A stretch of 64,000 nt of DNA from Clostridiales bacterium (GCA_019422525.1 JAHZDE010000009.1:37150-101149); one strand, 5' to 3'; numbered from the stretch's first letter, positions 30,860 to 41,325 are shown. Translations and numbers: made by a program. The notes: generated from the sequence alone by a model not told the origin.

Positions 30860-31890
30860 GCCTGACCTCCCTCGGCTGTGGTTTCAGCAGCCTTCATTTC
30901 CTGTATAGAACGAGTAATTTTACTCACAACATCGCCTTCCACATAGGCCTTTGTCAGACGCAGTGCATTTTTAAAGGTCTGTGCCTTGGCACTGCCGTGG
31001 GCTTTGAATACCGGTTTTGCTGCACCCATAATCGGGGCCCCACCATACTCGTTATAGTCCATCTGTTTTTTAAGCCCCTTCATATCGTTTAAAACCAGAG
31101 CAGCAGCCAGCTTGTTTTTCGTGCTCTTGGTAAAGATACCCTTAATTTTCTTCATCAAGGTTAAAGCGACGCCTTCATAAAGCTTCAAAATTACGTTTCC
31201 GGTAAAGCCGTCGCATACAATCACATCGCCGGCGTCTACGGGAATATCTCTTGCTTCGATGTTGCCGATAAAGTTCACCGGTGTATTTTTCAGAAGCTGG
31301 AAGGCCTCCAGTTGGAGCTCACCGCCTTTATGGTCTTCGGTACCCACGTTGGCCAAGGCTACCCGGGGATTTTTCACGCCCATCACGTGTTCCATATAGG
31401 CCGCACCCATCATGGCGAACTGCTGGAGCATTTCGGGACGGCATTCCACATTAGCGCCGCCGTCAATGAGCATAAAGAAGCCGTCATCTTTGGGCATTAC
31501 CGGTGCAAATGCTACGCGCTTCACGCCTTTGATGCGCTTGACAATCATGTTTGCGCCGAATACCAGCGCGCCACTATTTCCGGAAGAAACGAATGCGTCA
31601 CCGTCTCCGGCAGCCAGACGGCGCAGACCCTCTGCCAAGGAACAACCGCTCTTTTCTTTCATGATACTCTTGGGGGAATCGTCCATGGTAATAACGTCCG
31701 GTGCATCGGCAATCTCCATCCGGTCCAGGGAAATATTGTTTTCCGCTGCCACCTGACGGATAATCTTCTCGCTGCCCGTGAGCAGGATGTCAATATCCAG
31801 CTCTTCTACTGCCATCTGACAACCTTTCAGAATTTCCAGGGGAGCATTGTCCCCACCGAATGCGTCAACGATGATTTTCACAGCAAACAC
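30856..31890 (-). CDS. plsX: Phosphate acyltransferase PlsX
   Basis: VDAFGGDNAP start and typical PlsX sequence throughout. Confidence 0.95.
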   Translation of the reverse strand: MFAVKIIVDAFGGDNAPLEILKGCQMAVEELDIDILLTGSEKIIRQVAAENNISLDRMEIADAPDVITMDDSPKSIMKEKSGCSLAEGLRRLAAGDGDAFVSSGNSGALVFGANMIVKRIKGVKRVAFAPVMPKDDGFFMLIDGGANVECRPEMLQQFAMMGAAYMEHVMGVKNPRVALANVGTEDHKGGELQLEAFQLLKNTPVNFIGNIEARDIPVDAGDVIVCDGFTGNVILKLYEGVALTLMKKIKGIFTKSTKNKLAAALVLNDMKGLKKQMDYNEYGGAPIMGAAKPVFKAHGSAKAQTFKNALRLTKAYVEGDVVSKITRSIQEMKAAETTAEGGQA

Positions 31891-31927
31891 CTCATTTCAC
31901 CGGCAAGTTTACGCCGGACAATTTCTT

Positions 31928-33238
31928 TTATTCTTGATGGGAGAGAATCTCCGAAATCATAGTAAGTCCTCTTTGTGACAAAGCCGCATAACGGGAGCGT
32001 TTATCCCGAATATGGGGCTCGATGGGCGGCAGCACACCGAAGTTTGCGCCCATAGGCTGAAAGTCTTTGGTGGGGCTGTTGGCCACATAATCGGCCAGCG
32101 CACCCATCATGGTTTCACGGGGAAGAATCAGCCGCTCTTTTCCAAGCAAATGGGCGGCGGCATTCCTTCCTGCCAGAATTCCGGAAGACGCGGATTCCAT
32201 ATAGCCCTCCACACCGGTAATCTGTCCTGCAAAAAATAGCTCCGGCCGGGATTTCACGCTATAATCCGCTGCGAGGAATCCCGGGGATTTTAAAAATGTA
32301 TTGCGGTGCATGACGCCATAGCGGACGATTTCTGCATTTTGCAATCCGGGAATCATCCCAAATACCCGCTTCTGCTCACCAAATTTCAAATTGGTCTGGA
32401 ATCCCACCAGATTATATAGCGTTCCTTCCGCATCTTCACGGCGCAGCTGTACCACCGCCCAGGGACGATGTCCGGTACGCGGGTCACGCAGTCCTACCGG
32501 TTTTAACGGTCCAAACCGCAGAGTATCTTTTCCCCTTTGTGCCATGACCTCTACTGGCATACATCCCTCATACACTTTGGGATTGGCCACGTCGAAATCG
32601 TGTACCTGGGCGCGCTCGGCATTCACCAGCGCGTCATAAAAAGCTTCGTATTCCTCTTTGTTCATGGGACAATTGAGGTACGCGTCATCTTCTCCCTTAT
32701 CATATCGGGAAGCGGCAAAACACAAAGAGCGATCCAAACTATCCGCTGTGACGATGGGGGCGGCAGCATCAAAAAAGCTCAGCCCGCCGCCACACATTTT
32801 GAAGATATCCTCTGCCAGCGCATCCGCGGTCAGGGGACCGGTAGCGATGACCACACAGCCCTCCTTCGGGATTTCCGTAACCTCTTTATGGACAACGGTA
32901 ATCAGCGGATGGGCTTCAATCTTTTCAGTGGCTATTTTGGCAAACTGCACCCGATCTACTGCCAGAGCTCCGCCTGCGGGGACGGCACACTGGTCAGCAC
33001 AGGCCATCAGTAGCGAGCCGAACCGACGCATTTCCTCTTTCAGCATCCCGGCGGCGCTTTCCAGCCGGGCGGCCTTGAGAGAATTGGAGCAGATGAGTTC
33101 TGCAAACAGAGGGCTTTGATGGGCCGGAGTGCGTTTTTCCGGTTTCATTTCAATCAGTCGGACAGGCACGCCCATTTGTGCGGCCTGCCATGCGGCCTCA
33201 CAACCGGCGAGCCCTGCTCCGATAACGGTCAGCTCCAT
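31928..33238 (-). CDS. trmFO: Methylenetetrahydrofolate-tRNA-(uracil-5)-methyltransferase TrmFO
   Basis: VIGAGLAGCEAAWQ FAD-binding fold and TrmFO/Gid sequence. Confidence 0.93.
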   Translation of the reverse strand: MELTVIGAGLAGCEAAWQAAQMGVPVRLIEMKPEKRTPAHQSPLFAELICSNSLKAARLESAAGMLKEEMRRFGSLLMACADQCAVPAGGALAVDRVQFAKIATEKIEAHPLITVVHKEVTEIPKEGCVVIATGPLTADALAEDIFKMCGGGLSFFDAAAPIVTADSLDRSLCFAASRYDKGEDDAYLNCPMNKEEYEAFYDALVNAERAQVHDFDVANPKVYEGCMPVEVMAQRGKDTLRFGPLKPVGLRDPRTGHRPWAVVQLRREDAEGTLYNLVGFQTNLKFGEQKRVFGMIPGLQNAEIVRYGVMHRNTFLKSPGFLAADYSVKSRPELFFAGQITGVEGYMESASSGILAGRNAAAHLLGKERLILPRETMMGALADYVANSPTKDFQPMGANFGVLPPIEPHIRDKRSRYAALSQRGLTMISEILSHQE

Positions 33239-33288
33239 GTGGGACTCCTTTCCTGTTGGGGTTCTGGTATGGGGGAATTACGTTTTTC

Positions 33289-35379
33289 TTATTCTTCGTC
33301 TTCCTGCACCTTTTCATAGCCGCAGTCCGGCGTGATACAATAGAACTTGGGATGCTTCCCCTTCTTTTTCAGCAGCGTTTTGCCGCAGCGGGGGCACTTT
33401 TCCATGGTCGGCTCATCCCACGAAACAAAATCGCAATTGGGATATTCGCTGCATCCATAGAACACGCGGCCCCGCTTGGATTTTTTCACCACAACCTTGC
33501 CGCCGCACTTGGGGCACTCTGCGCCGGTTTCGTGGACGATTTTTTTGATATTCTTACACTCCGGGTAACCGGAGCAGGCAATAAACTTTCCGTACCGGCC
33601 AAATTTGACCACCATCGGGCGACCACACTTTTCACAAATCAAATCAGTCTGATCTTCCTTCAGCGTGATTTTGACGCCTTCCATTTCTTTTTTGGCCTTT
33701 TGCAGCGTCTTATCGAAATCATCATAGAATTTGTGCAGCGTTTCAACCCAGTTTTCTTCACCGCTCTGTACCTTATCCAGGTCGCTTTCAACCTGTGCGG
33801 TAAACTTTACATTGACGATTTTCGGGAAGCGCTCCTTCATCAGCTGCGTGGAAACCTCACCCAATTCGGTGGGCTTAAAGGCTTTTCCTTCCCGCACCAC
33901 ATATTCCCTTCCGGTGATGGTGGAAATGGTAGCAGCATAGGTGGAAGGACGGCCAATACCATTTTCTTCCAAAGCTTTAATCAGCGAAGCTTCGGTATAA
34001 CGTGCTGGAGGCTGAGTGAAATGCTGGTTTCCGGCAAGCTCTTTTTTCCGCAGGGGCATGTCTTGCTCCAGCACCGGCAGTGCGCCGGTTACTTCGCTCT
34101 CTTCATCCTTGCCTTCCACATAGAGCACCGTAAAGCCGTCAAAAGTAACGGTATAGCCGGAAGCCTTGAACAGGTATCCGTTTGCAGTAATATCCGCTTG
34201 GGTAGTGCTTTGCAGGCAATTGGACATCTGACAAGCCACAAACCGCTCCCAGATAAGTTTGTAGAGTTTATACTGATCGCCAGTTAGGCTGGATTTTACC
34301 TCGTCGGGGGTCAGACGCACATTGGTGGGACGGATGGCTTCGTGGCCGTCCTGAGCACCTGCGCGGGTCTTGTACTGACGGGGTTTGTCGGGTACATACC
34401 GGTCGCCCCAACGCTCACGAATATACTCGGCAGCTTCTTTGACAGCATCTTCTGACAAACGCAGCGAGTCGGTTCTCATATAAGTAATCAGACCCACAGC
34501 GCCTTGGCCTTCAATTTCTACGCCTTCGTATAATTCCTGGGCGGCCTTCATAGTACGCCGTGCCTGGAATCCCAATTTGCGGGAAGCTTCCTGCTGCATG
34601 GTAGAGGTGCTAAACGGCGGGGCCGGAGACTTGCGGCGGCTGCCCTTCTTAATTTTGGCGACGGTAAACTGCGCATCTTCCAGCTTTTCCAGAATGGCGT
34701 CGGCCTCTTCTTTGTTGGAAATCTTGATTTTATTTCCGGCTTCATCCCCATAGAAGGAAGCGGGGAACGCCTTTCTGCCGCCCTTGGGAACCAGCTTCGC
34801 ATCAATGGTCCAGTATTCTTCAGGCTTAAAAGCGCGAATTTCCTCTTCCCTATCCACCACCAGACGCACAGCCACTGACTGTACACGACCAGCCGAAAGG
34901 CCTTTTCGAATTACTTTTGCCAAAAACGGACTGAGCTTGTAACCCACCAAACGGTCCAGAATTCGGCGGGCCTGCTGGGCGTTCACCAAGTCCATATCAA
35001 TCCGCCGGGGATGCTCCATACCGTTGGAAACGCCGGTTTTGGTGATTTCGTTAAAAGTCACGCGGTTTTCTTCGTTAATATCCAGCCCCAGAATATAGGC
35101 CAGATGCCAGGAAATGGCTTCTCCTTCCCGGTCAGGGTCGGTTGCCAGATAAATCCCGTCGCTTTGGGCGGCAGCGGTTTTCAGTTCATCCACCAGTTTT
35201 TCCTTGCCCTTGATAATGGTATATTTCGGGGCAAAATCATGTTTGACATCCACGCTCAACCGCTTTTCCGGCAAATCGCGTACATGTCCCATCGAGGCCA
35301 CCACTTCATAACCGGGGCCCAAATATTTCTTAATCGTCTTCGCCTTGGACGGAGACTCCACAATCACAAGTTTTGACAC
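33289..35379 (-). CDS. topA: DNA topoisomerase I
   Basis: LVIVESPSKAKTI Toprim start, active-site region YMRTDS, and C-terminal CxxC zinc ribbons. Confidence 0.97.
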   Translation of the reverse strand: MSKLVIVESPSKAKTIKKYLGPGYEVVASMGHVRDLPEKRLSVDVKHDFAPKYTIIKGKEKLVDELKTAAAQSDGIYLATDPDREGEAISWHLAYILGLDINEENRVTFNEITKTGVSNGMEHPRRIDMDLVNAQQARRILDRLVGYKLSPFLAKVIRKGLSAGRVQSVAVRLVVDREEEIRAFKPEEYWTIDAKLVPKGGRKAFPASFYGDEAGNKIKISNKEEADAILEKLEDAQFTVAKIKKGSRRKSPAPPFSTSTMQQEASRKLGFQARRTMKAAQELYEGVEIEGQGAVGLITYMRTDSLRLSEDAVKEAAEYIRERWGDRYVPDKPRQYKTRAGAQDGHEAIRPTNVRLTPDEVKSSLTGDQYKLYKLIWERFVACQMSNCLQSTTQADITANGYLFKASGYTVTFDGFTVLYVEGKDEESEVTGALPVLEQDMPLRKKELAGNQHFTQPPARYTEASLIKALEENGIGRPSTYAATISTITGREYVVREGKAFKPTELGEVSTQLMKERFPKIVNVKFTAQVESDLDKVQSGEENWVETLHKFYDDFDKTLQKAKKEMEGVKITLKEDQTDLICEKCGRPMVVKFGRYGKFIACSGYPECKNIKKIVHETGAECPKCGGKVVVKKSKRGRVFYGCSEYPNCDFVSWDEPTMEKCPRCGKTLLKKKGKHPKFYCITPDCGYEKVQEDEE

Positions 35380-35578
35380 AGGTGCTTCACCTATCTTTCC
35401 TAAATAATTTGTCCGTGTTTTTCAAACGATTTTTGAAACGGCTTTTATCACAACATATATCACAATTGGCCGGTCCTGCCGGTCGAACTGTGACAGCCAC
35501 GGACAAAATTGTTTTTGAGGTAACCTTTGTGAAAACCGACCGAGCTCGGACGGCTTTCACAAGGACTACCATGGGAAA

Positions 35579-36793
35579 TCAGCTGCGCTTGGCATACCTT
35601 CTCCCCGAAAAGGAACGGATTTTTCCCGACAGTTCCAGTTCGGTAGCTGCGCGGAAAATATCTTGGATGTGCATTCCGGTTTTCATACTCAATTCTTCTG
35701 CCGTAATAGGTTCCCGGCTTAATGCCTGATACATCTTTTGGGCTGAAGAAGAAAGGGTTTTTGGAATATCTTCCTTCTCTGCTGCTGCCTCTCGAGCCTT
35801 TGAAGCGTGGGACAGATGAGAAGAAGAAACCGTCACATTCTCGCTCTGCTCCAAGGGTTTGTCCTGGCAAATTTGAGAAAGGGGTTCCCGAGGAGGAATT
35901 TGACAGGCCGGAAAGCGATGTTTAAACTCTGTGAGAATATCTGCCGCACAGGAAACGGGTTTGGCGCCATCCCACAAAAGCTGTAATACCCCTTCTGCAT
36001 TTTCACGCCAGGAATCCACCAGCAAAGTAAACACGTCCCGGCTTTGTTCCACTGCATGACGGGCAGTCATCATAGTACCGCTTTTGACCGAAGCCTCTGC
36101 TACCAAAACCCCACAGCTAAGCCCGGAAATCAGTCGGTTCCTGATACCAAAATGCCAACGTTGCACATCCGTCTCCGGTGGATATTCGCTGACAACGGTG
36201 CCGTTTTCCGCAATAGCACGCCGCATCTTTTCCCCTGTTTTGGGATAAGGCCTATCAAGACTTCCAGCCAAAAGACAAATGGTTTTTCCTCCTGCATCCA
36301 GTGCGCCCAAATGAGCCGAAGAGTCAATTCCTACGGCGCCACCGCTTACCACAATCGTTCCGGCCCGAGCAAGCTGTTCACTGAGCACCCGGGCAGCAGT
36401 CAAAGCATTGGGACAAGCTTTTCGGGAACCAACAATAGCCACTGTCGGCACATCATCTACGGCAGGCAGCTCTCCTTGATAATACAGGACAGCCGGAGGA
36501 TTGTCAATTTGGGAAAGGCATGTCGGAAAATTTTCACTTTCCGGTGTCAGTAGTTTCATGGAAAGTTTTTGTGCCTTTTCCATGATTTTCCTGCATTGGG
36601 AAAGGGAAATCTCGCTGGCTCTCTGGGATTCCGCTTTACTGAATACAGAGGAATCAGACAGAAGTTTTGGCGCTTCTTCATAAAAAGCGCGAACAGAAGA
36701 AAACTTTCGCCACAGCTGTACTGGTTTACTGCTGCCGCTGCCAAACACCTGCTGAAGCCAAATCCAGTATACTGTGTTTGTGTCCATCTTCAA
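35579..36793 (-). CDS. dprA: DNA processing protein DprA (Smf)
   Basis: Rossmann-like core VAIVGSRKACPNAL...VVSGGAVGIDSSAH. Confidence 0.9.
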   Translation of the reverse strand: MKMDTNTVYWIWLQQVFGSGSSKPVQLWRKFSSVRAFYEEAPKLLSDSSVFSKAESQRASEISLSQCRKIMEKAQKLSMKLLTPESENFPTCLSQIDNPPAVLYYQGELPAVDDVPTVAIVGSRKACPNALTAARVLSEQLARAGTIVVSGGAVGIDSSAHLGALDAGGKTICLLAGSLDRPYPKTGEKMRRAIAENGTVVSEYPPETDVQRWHFGIRNRLISGLSCGVLVAEASVKSGTMMTARHAVEQSRDVFTLLVDSWRENAEGVLQLLWDGAKPVSCAADILTEFKHRFPACQIPPREPLSQICQDKPLEQSENVTVSSSHLSHASKAREAAAEKEDIPKTLSSSAQKMYQALSREPITAEELSMKTGMHIQDIFRAATELELSGKIRSFSGRRYAKRS

Positions 36794-36821
36794 TTTCCCT
36801 CTTTTCCCTCAGCTTATGGAG

Positions 36822-37610
36822 TTATCGAACCATTTCCCACATAAGAATCGCCGATGAAGCTGCCGCATTTAAAGATTCTGCCCGGCCCTCCATGGGAATG
36901 GTTACCCGACGGCTGCACGCCTGGATGGTTTGAGGCAATAGGCCGTTCCCTTCATTGCCCACCAGCATTACCGAGCCCTTCGGGAATTTGCACTCCGTCA
37001 CTTTTTCGGCAGAATCGTCTGGTACAGCGGCGAAGGTGGAAAATCCTCTCTCATGCAGCTTTGCAGCACAGACGGCAAATTCCCCGCCTTCATACACCGG
37101 CAGCCGGAAAGCCGCCCCCATCCCTGCCCGCAGAGTTTTGGGACTGAATACATCACAGCAGGTACCGAATAAAATCAACCCGGAAATTCCCAGTGCTTCA
37201 GCAGTACGCATGACAGCCCCCAAATTGCCTGGGTCCTGTAAATTTTCCACAGCAATATACTTTTCTTCCTCAGACAACTTTTCGACAGTCTTGCTTTCTG
37301 GCAGCTGGCATACGGCAAAAACTCCCTGACTGTTTTTGGTGTCTGACAACAGCTCTGCAGCATGCGGTTCCACCGAATATACTTCCTGCGCTTTTTCCAT
37401 CAGCGGTTCAATATATTCCCGATATTTGTCTCTTGCTTTTTCCGTGAAAAACAAACGCTCAACCAAGGCTTGACTTCGCAATGCATCATAGCACAGCCTT
37501 GCGCCTTCCACGACAAAAAGGCCCTGTGCCCTTCTGTTTTCCACAGAACGCACGAGCCCGGCAGTTTCTTTGATCAGTTCGTTTTTCCGGCTTGAAATGT
37601 GTGTGACCAT
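36822..37610 (-). CDS. TrmH/SpoU-family RNA 2'-O-methyltransferase
   Basis: Motifs LQDPGNLGAVMRTAEA, LVGNEGNGL and SLNAAASSAILMWE. The ORF-track start at 37859 overlaps rplT; I use the ATG at 37610. Confidence 0.85.
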   Translation of the reverse strand: MVTHISSRKNELIKETAGLVRSVENRRAQGLFVVEGARLCYDALRSQALVERLFFTEKARDKYREYIEPLMEKAQEVYSVEPHAAELLSDTKNSQGVFAVCQLPESKTVEKLSEEEKYIAVENLQDPGNLGAVMRTAEALGISGLILFGTCCDVFSPKTLRAGMGAAFRLPVYEGGEFAVCAAKLHERGFSTFAAVPDDSAEKVTECKFPKGSVMLVGNEGNGLLPQTIQACSRRVTIPMEGRAESLNAAASSAILMWEMVR

Positions 37611-37639
37611 GCCTGTCCTCTCTCTCCCAAATTTAGCTA

Positions 37640-37670
37640 AAAGATACGCCCGGAGCCAAAGGCCCCGAGC
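37640..37670 (-). terminator. Probable terminator after rplT
   Basis: GCTCGGGGCC-TTT-GGCTCCGGGC hairpin (two G-U pairs) followed by a weak T tract. Confidence 0.45.
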
Positions 37671-37684
37671 GCACTGACAGCTTA

Positions 37685-38038
37685 TTAGAGAGCAGCCTTG
37701 GCCTGCTCGACCAGAGCCTTGAATGCGGCTTCGTCGGCGATGGCGATTTCGGACAGCATCTTGCGGTTCAGCGTGATGCCGGCCTTCTTCAGACCGTTCA
37801 TGAAAGTGGAATAGTTGATGCCGTTCATCTTGCAAGCAGCAGAGATTCTGGTGATCCACAGACGGCGGAAATCTCTCTTTCTGTGCTTACGGCCGATATA
37901 TGCATAGTTGCCGGACTTCATAACAGCCTGCTTGGCCATCTTGAAGTGTCTGCTCTTGGAACCCCAATAGCCCTTAGCCAGCTTCAGAACCTTTTTTCTT
38001 CTCTTGCGAGTCATCAACGCGCCTTTTACACGTGCCAT
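37685..38038 (-). CDS. rplT: 50S ribosomal protein L20
   Basis: [26 protein letters not shown]. Confidence 0.98.
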   Translation of the reverse strand: MARVKGALMTRKRRKKVLKLAKGYWGSKSRHFKMAKQAVMKSGNYAYIGRKHRKRDFRRLWITRISAACKMNGINYSTFMNGLKKAGITLNRKMLSEIAIADEAAFKALVEQAKAAL

Positions 38039-38084
38039 TTCTTATACCTCCAACAAAATTATAGGAATCGTTACAGTAAAAATC

Positions 38085-38288
38085 TTATTTGTAGGGCAGG
38101 AGTCTCTTCACCTGACGGACATTGGTCTTATCCGCAACAGTGGTGCCGCGCAGAGCGCGCTTGGTCTTGCGGGTTTTGCCGTGGCCGTTGAGCAGGTGGC
38201 TCTTGTTGGCATGAGCACGGATGACCTTACCATTTTTAGAAATCTTGAAGCGCTTTTTTGCGCCGCTGTGAGTCTTAATCTTGGGCAT
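38085..38288 (-). CDS. rpmI: 50S ribosomal protein L35
   Basis: MPKIKTHSGAKKRFK. Confidence 0.98.
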   Translation of the reverse strand: MPKIKTHSGAKKRFKISKNGKVIRAHANKSHLLNGHGKTRKTKRALRGTTVADKTNVRQVKRLLPYK

Positions 38289-38313
38289 GACTGCTCCTCC
38301 TTAGAAGTGTATA

Positions 38314-38832
38314 TTATTTGACGGGCTTGGGGGCAAGGAACATCAGCATGTTTCTTCCCTCAAGCTTTGCCGGCTTTTCAATGTTGGCAAACTCGGCGCA
38401 GGCTTCTGCAAACCGACGCATGGTTTCATAGCCGTGCTCCGGATGGCCCATTTCGCGGCCGCGGAATCGGATGGAAACCTTGACCTTGTTGCCGTCCTCC
38501 AAAAAGCGCTTGGCGTGACCCAGCTTTGTATTAAAATCATGGGTGTCAATGTTGAGAGACAGACGAATTTCCTTGATTTCAACCACGCGCTGATTTTTCC
38601 GGGCTTCTTTTTCCCGCTTGGCCTGTTCAAAACGGAACTTGCCATAGTCGATAATCTTACACACCGGAGGCTTTGCCTGGGGCGCAATTTTTACCAGATC
38701 CAGGTTACGGGCATACGCTTTTTCCAGCGCCTGGCTGGCAGGCATGATGCCCAGCTGAGAGCCATCGGAATCAATGACGCGGACTTCCTTATCGCGGATT
38801 TCTTCGTTAATCTGCAGTTCCTTGTTGCTAAT
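38314..38832 (-). CDS. infC: Translation initiation factor IF-3, ATT start codon
   Basis: ISNKELQINEEIRDKEVRVIDSDG... is the canonical IF-3 N-terminus. GGAGGTG lies 7 nt upstream of the ATT at 38832. The ORF-track extension to 38922 lacks an RBS and is not IF-3-like. Confidence 0.9.
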   Translation of the reverse strand: MSNKELQINEEIRDKEVRVIDSDGSQLGIMPASQALEKAYARNLDLVKIAPQAKPPVCKIIDYGKFRFEQAKREKEARKNQRVVEIKEIRLSLNIDTHDFNTKLGHAKRFLEDGNKVKVSIRFRGREMGHPEHGYETMRRFAEACAEFANIEKPAKLEGRNMLMFLAPKPVK

Positions 38833-38839
38833 GGGTAAG

Positions 38840-38995
38840 CACCTCCAAAACACGTAGTCATCAAAACAAAAGCACGGACAAAATTTTGTCCGTGCGTCAA
38901 TGCTCAGAAAAGCACAGAGCAACTGCTCTGTTTACTTTACTTCCTATTGACCCGTGCAGACAAAACTCCACAGGTGAGAACTTGATGTCCGTTCT
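38840..38995 (-). promoter_or_regulatory. L20-type ribosomal-protein leader / attenuator upstream of infC
   Basis: On the minus strand there is a perfect hairpin GCACGGACAAAATTTTGTCCGTGC followed by TTTTGTTTTG (38871-38894). An upstream GCACGG copy could pair alternatively, and there is a second hairpin, CAGAGCAGTTGCTCTG. Confidence 0.6.
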
Positions 38996-39136
38996 TCTTT
39001 GTTTAACCTTTGTTATTATACACGCCCGCATCCCTGCTGTCAAGAAAAATTTTTCCAAACCGGCGCATATTTTTTCTTTACCAAGAACAGAATATCCTAT
39101 ATCCAGCAAAAAAGCAAGCATATCGGAGGTTTTTTC

Positions 39137-39841
39137 ATGATTATTTCTTTTTTGCGCACCATTTTGCTGTACATAGTCATTTTGGCTTCGGTACGGCTGA
39201 TGGGAAAAAGGCAAATCAGCGAACTGCAAACCTCGGAGCTGGTTGTGACCCTTCTGATTTCCGACATTGCGGCCATCCCTATGCAGAATACCGGCCAGCC
39301 TCTGGCAAGCGGATTCATTCCTATTGGGGTATTGGTCATGTGCGAAATCGCGGTTTCCGTCTTTATGCTCAAAAGCGGCAAGTTCCGCCGCCTGGTTTGC
39401 GGCAAGCCCATTGTCCTCATTCAAAACGGCCAGGTTGACCAGAAAGAAATGTCCCGCCTGCGTTTGAGCATTGAAGATTTGTTTGAAGAACTGCGGGAAA
39501 AAGATGTGTTTTCGATCCGTGATGTAGAATGGGCGATTATGGAAACCAACGGTAAAATCAGTATTGTCAAAAAGCCGGATGCCGACACCCCAACCAACCG
39601 CCTTTTAGGCCTCTCTCCCCCGGACACCGGATTGGAAGTGGTGGTTATCAGCGATGGGGAATTTTCTGATGCGTCCCTTCAGTTATGTGGGAAAAATCGA
39701 ATCTGGGCCCAGTCGGTTTTGGAAAAAATGGGTCTTTCTGCGGGGCAAGTTTTTATTATGACCGCTGATATGCAAGGCGGCTATGCCGTCATCCCAAAAT
39801 CGGAGAGCGGCCTTTCGAAAGTGAAAGGAGGCAATGCCTGA
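39137..39841 (+). CDS. DUF421 (YetF-like) membrane protein
   Basis: MIISFLRTILLYIVILASVRLMGKRQISELQTSELVVTLLISD is a typical DUF421 N-terminus. Confidence 0.7.
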   Translation: MIISFLRTILLYIVILASVRLMGKRQISELQTSELVVTLLISDIAAIPMQNTGQPLASGFIPIGVLVMCEIAVSVFMLKSGKFRRLVCGKPIVLIQNGQVDQKEMSRLRLSIEDLFEELREKDVFSIRDVEWAIMETNGKISIVKKPDADTPTNRLLGLSPPDTGLEVVVISDGEFSDASLQLCGKNRIWAQSVLEKMGLSAGQVFIMTADMQGGYAVIPKSESGLSKVKGGNA

Positions 39842-40221
39842 TGAAACGTCTGTGGGCTTCGGGAATCCTGCTGGTATTTTTGCTGGGGCTGTGCGGCCTT
39901 GGCTATTGGACAGCGGAAACCTCTTCTCAAAAGCTGCTGCGGCAGCTAAACCTTTTGCAAAGCGAAATCTATCAGGGAAACCTTTCTACCGCCTTGGCCG
40001 TCAGCCAGGGCATCCAGCACCAATGGGAAGAAGAGCACAAAAAACTGTGTACCTTTATGCCTCATGACGACCTGACGGCTTTGGGCGAAACCCTGTCCGA
40101 ATTGCCCGCGCTGATTGAAAGTGAAGAACTGGGCCTGCTCAAATCCCGGTGCAGCCTTGCTTCCATGCAGCTCTCACAGCTGTCGGAAGGGGAAGTGATT
40201 ACCTTGGACAACCTTTTATAA
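39841..40221 (+). CDS. DUF4363-like small membrane-anchored protein
   Basis: N-terminal transmembrane helix. It is start-stop coupled to the DUF421 gene, a pairing I recall as conserved. Confidence 0.5.
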   Translation: MKRLWASGILLVFLLGLCGLGYWTAETSSQKLLRQLNLLQSEIYQGNLSTALAVSQGIQHQWEEEHKKLCTFMPHDDLTALGETLSELPALIESEELGLLKSRCSLASMQLSQLSEGEVITLDNLL

Positions 40222-40305
40222 AGGACAGGTTTTCGTTGTGTATTTCCCTGGGAATATGGTATAATGAAAAAAATCCACTTTGCCATGCCAAGGGAGGACA
40301 ACAGT

Positions 40306-41325
40306 ATGAAACGTATTGATACCCGGGACGCTGTGGGACAGGTACTCTGCCATGATGTGACCCAGATTATTCCCGGTGTTGTAAAAGACGCGGCTTTTCG
40401 CAAGGGACATGTGATTCGGGAAGAGGACATCCCCGTTTTGCTGAGCCTTGGGAAAGACCATGTTTATATTTGGGAAAACGATGAAACCAAGCTGCACGAA
40501 AACGAGGCGGCCGAAGTTCTGCGCCGCATGTGCCAAAACACCGGGATGCACCCCACCCCGGTAAAGGAAGGGAAAATTGAACTGATAGCCGATGTGGACG
40601 GGCTGTTTCTGGTGGATTCCTCCCGACTGCGGGAAGTGAACAGCTTGGGTGAAATGATGATTGCCACCCGTCACGGCGGAACTGCGGTTCATGCCGGGGA
40701 CAAGCTGGCCGGGATGCGGGTGATTCCGTTGGTGATTGACAAAGAAAAAATGGAGCAGGCACAAAACGCAGCTGGGGACACGCCCCTTTTAAAAATCGTT
40801 CCCTTCCCCAAAAAGAAGGCCGGGCTGGTAACTACCGGGAACGAAGTGTATCACGGGAGGATTCAGGACGCCTTTTCGCCGGTAGTCAAAAAAAAGCTGT
40901 CGGAATATGGGTGCGAGGTTGCCGAACATGCAGTGCTGCCCGATGACCACGAAGCCATTACCCGCACGATTAACAGGATGCTGGAAAAAGGGCTTGATTT
41001 GGTGCTGTGTACCGGCGGCATGAGCGTGGACCCGGACGACCGGACACCGCTGGCCATTAAGAATACCGGGGCAAGTGTGCTGCAATATGGAGCGCCGGTG
41101 CTGCCGGGAGCCATGTTCCTGCTTGCCTATACGCAGGACGGAAGGCCCATTGCCGGGCTGCCAGGATGTGTGATGTATGCCGGGCGCACGGTGTTTGATT
41201 TAGTCCTCCCCTATCTTATTGCCGGCGTACCGGTGACAAGGGAGCAGCTGGCAGGCTATGGCGAAGGGGGTCTGTGCCTGGGCTGCGAAATCTGCACCTT
41301 CCCCAATTGCGGATTTGGAAAGTAA
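40306..41325 (+). CDS. Molybdopterin-binding (MoCF_BD) protein, MoeA-related
   Basis: GGGAGGA RBS. The central domain VTTGNEV...LCTGGMSVDPDD is typical of the MoCF biosynthesis fold. It is the first gene of the moa cluster. Confidence 0.6.
   Translation: MKRIDTRDAVGQVLCHDVTQIIPGVVKDAAFRKGHVIREEDIPVLLSLGKDHVYIWENDETKLHENEAAEVLRRMCQNTGMHPTPVKEGKIELIADVDGLFLVDSSRLREVNSLGEMMIATRHGGTAVHAGDKLAGMRVIPLVIDKEKMEQAQNAAGDTPLLKIVPFPKKKAGLVTTGNEVYHGRIQDAFSPVVKKKLSEYGCEVAEHAVLPDDHEAITRTINRMLEKGLDLVLCTGGMSVDPDDRTPLAIKNTGASVLQYGAPVLPGAMFLLAYTQDGRPIAGLPGCVMYAGRTVFDLVLPYLIAGVPVTREQLAGYGEGGLCLGCEICTFPNCGFGK

Noticed and set aside
35380-35578. The 200-bp topA-dprA spacer as a possible small RNA or small ORF (61-aa ORF at 35387-35572).
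   Set aside because: Only a weak dprA terminator-like palindrome (CCGTCCGAGCTCGGTCGG) and AT-rich promoter-like sequence are visible. There is no conserved structural motif I can recognise, and the ORF has no RBS.
40222-40305. A possible Moco riboswitch upstream of the moa and mod genes; I also checked 43749-43836.
   Set aside because: The intergenic regions are only about 85 nt and show none of the conserved Moco-motif helices. Only a putative extended -10 promoter (TGGTATAAT) and a palindrome are visible.
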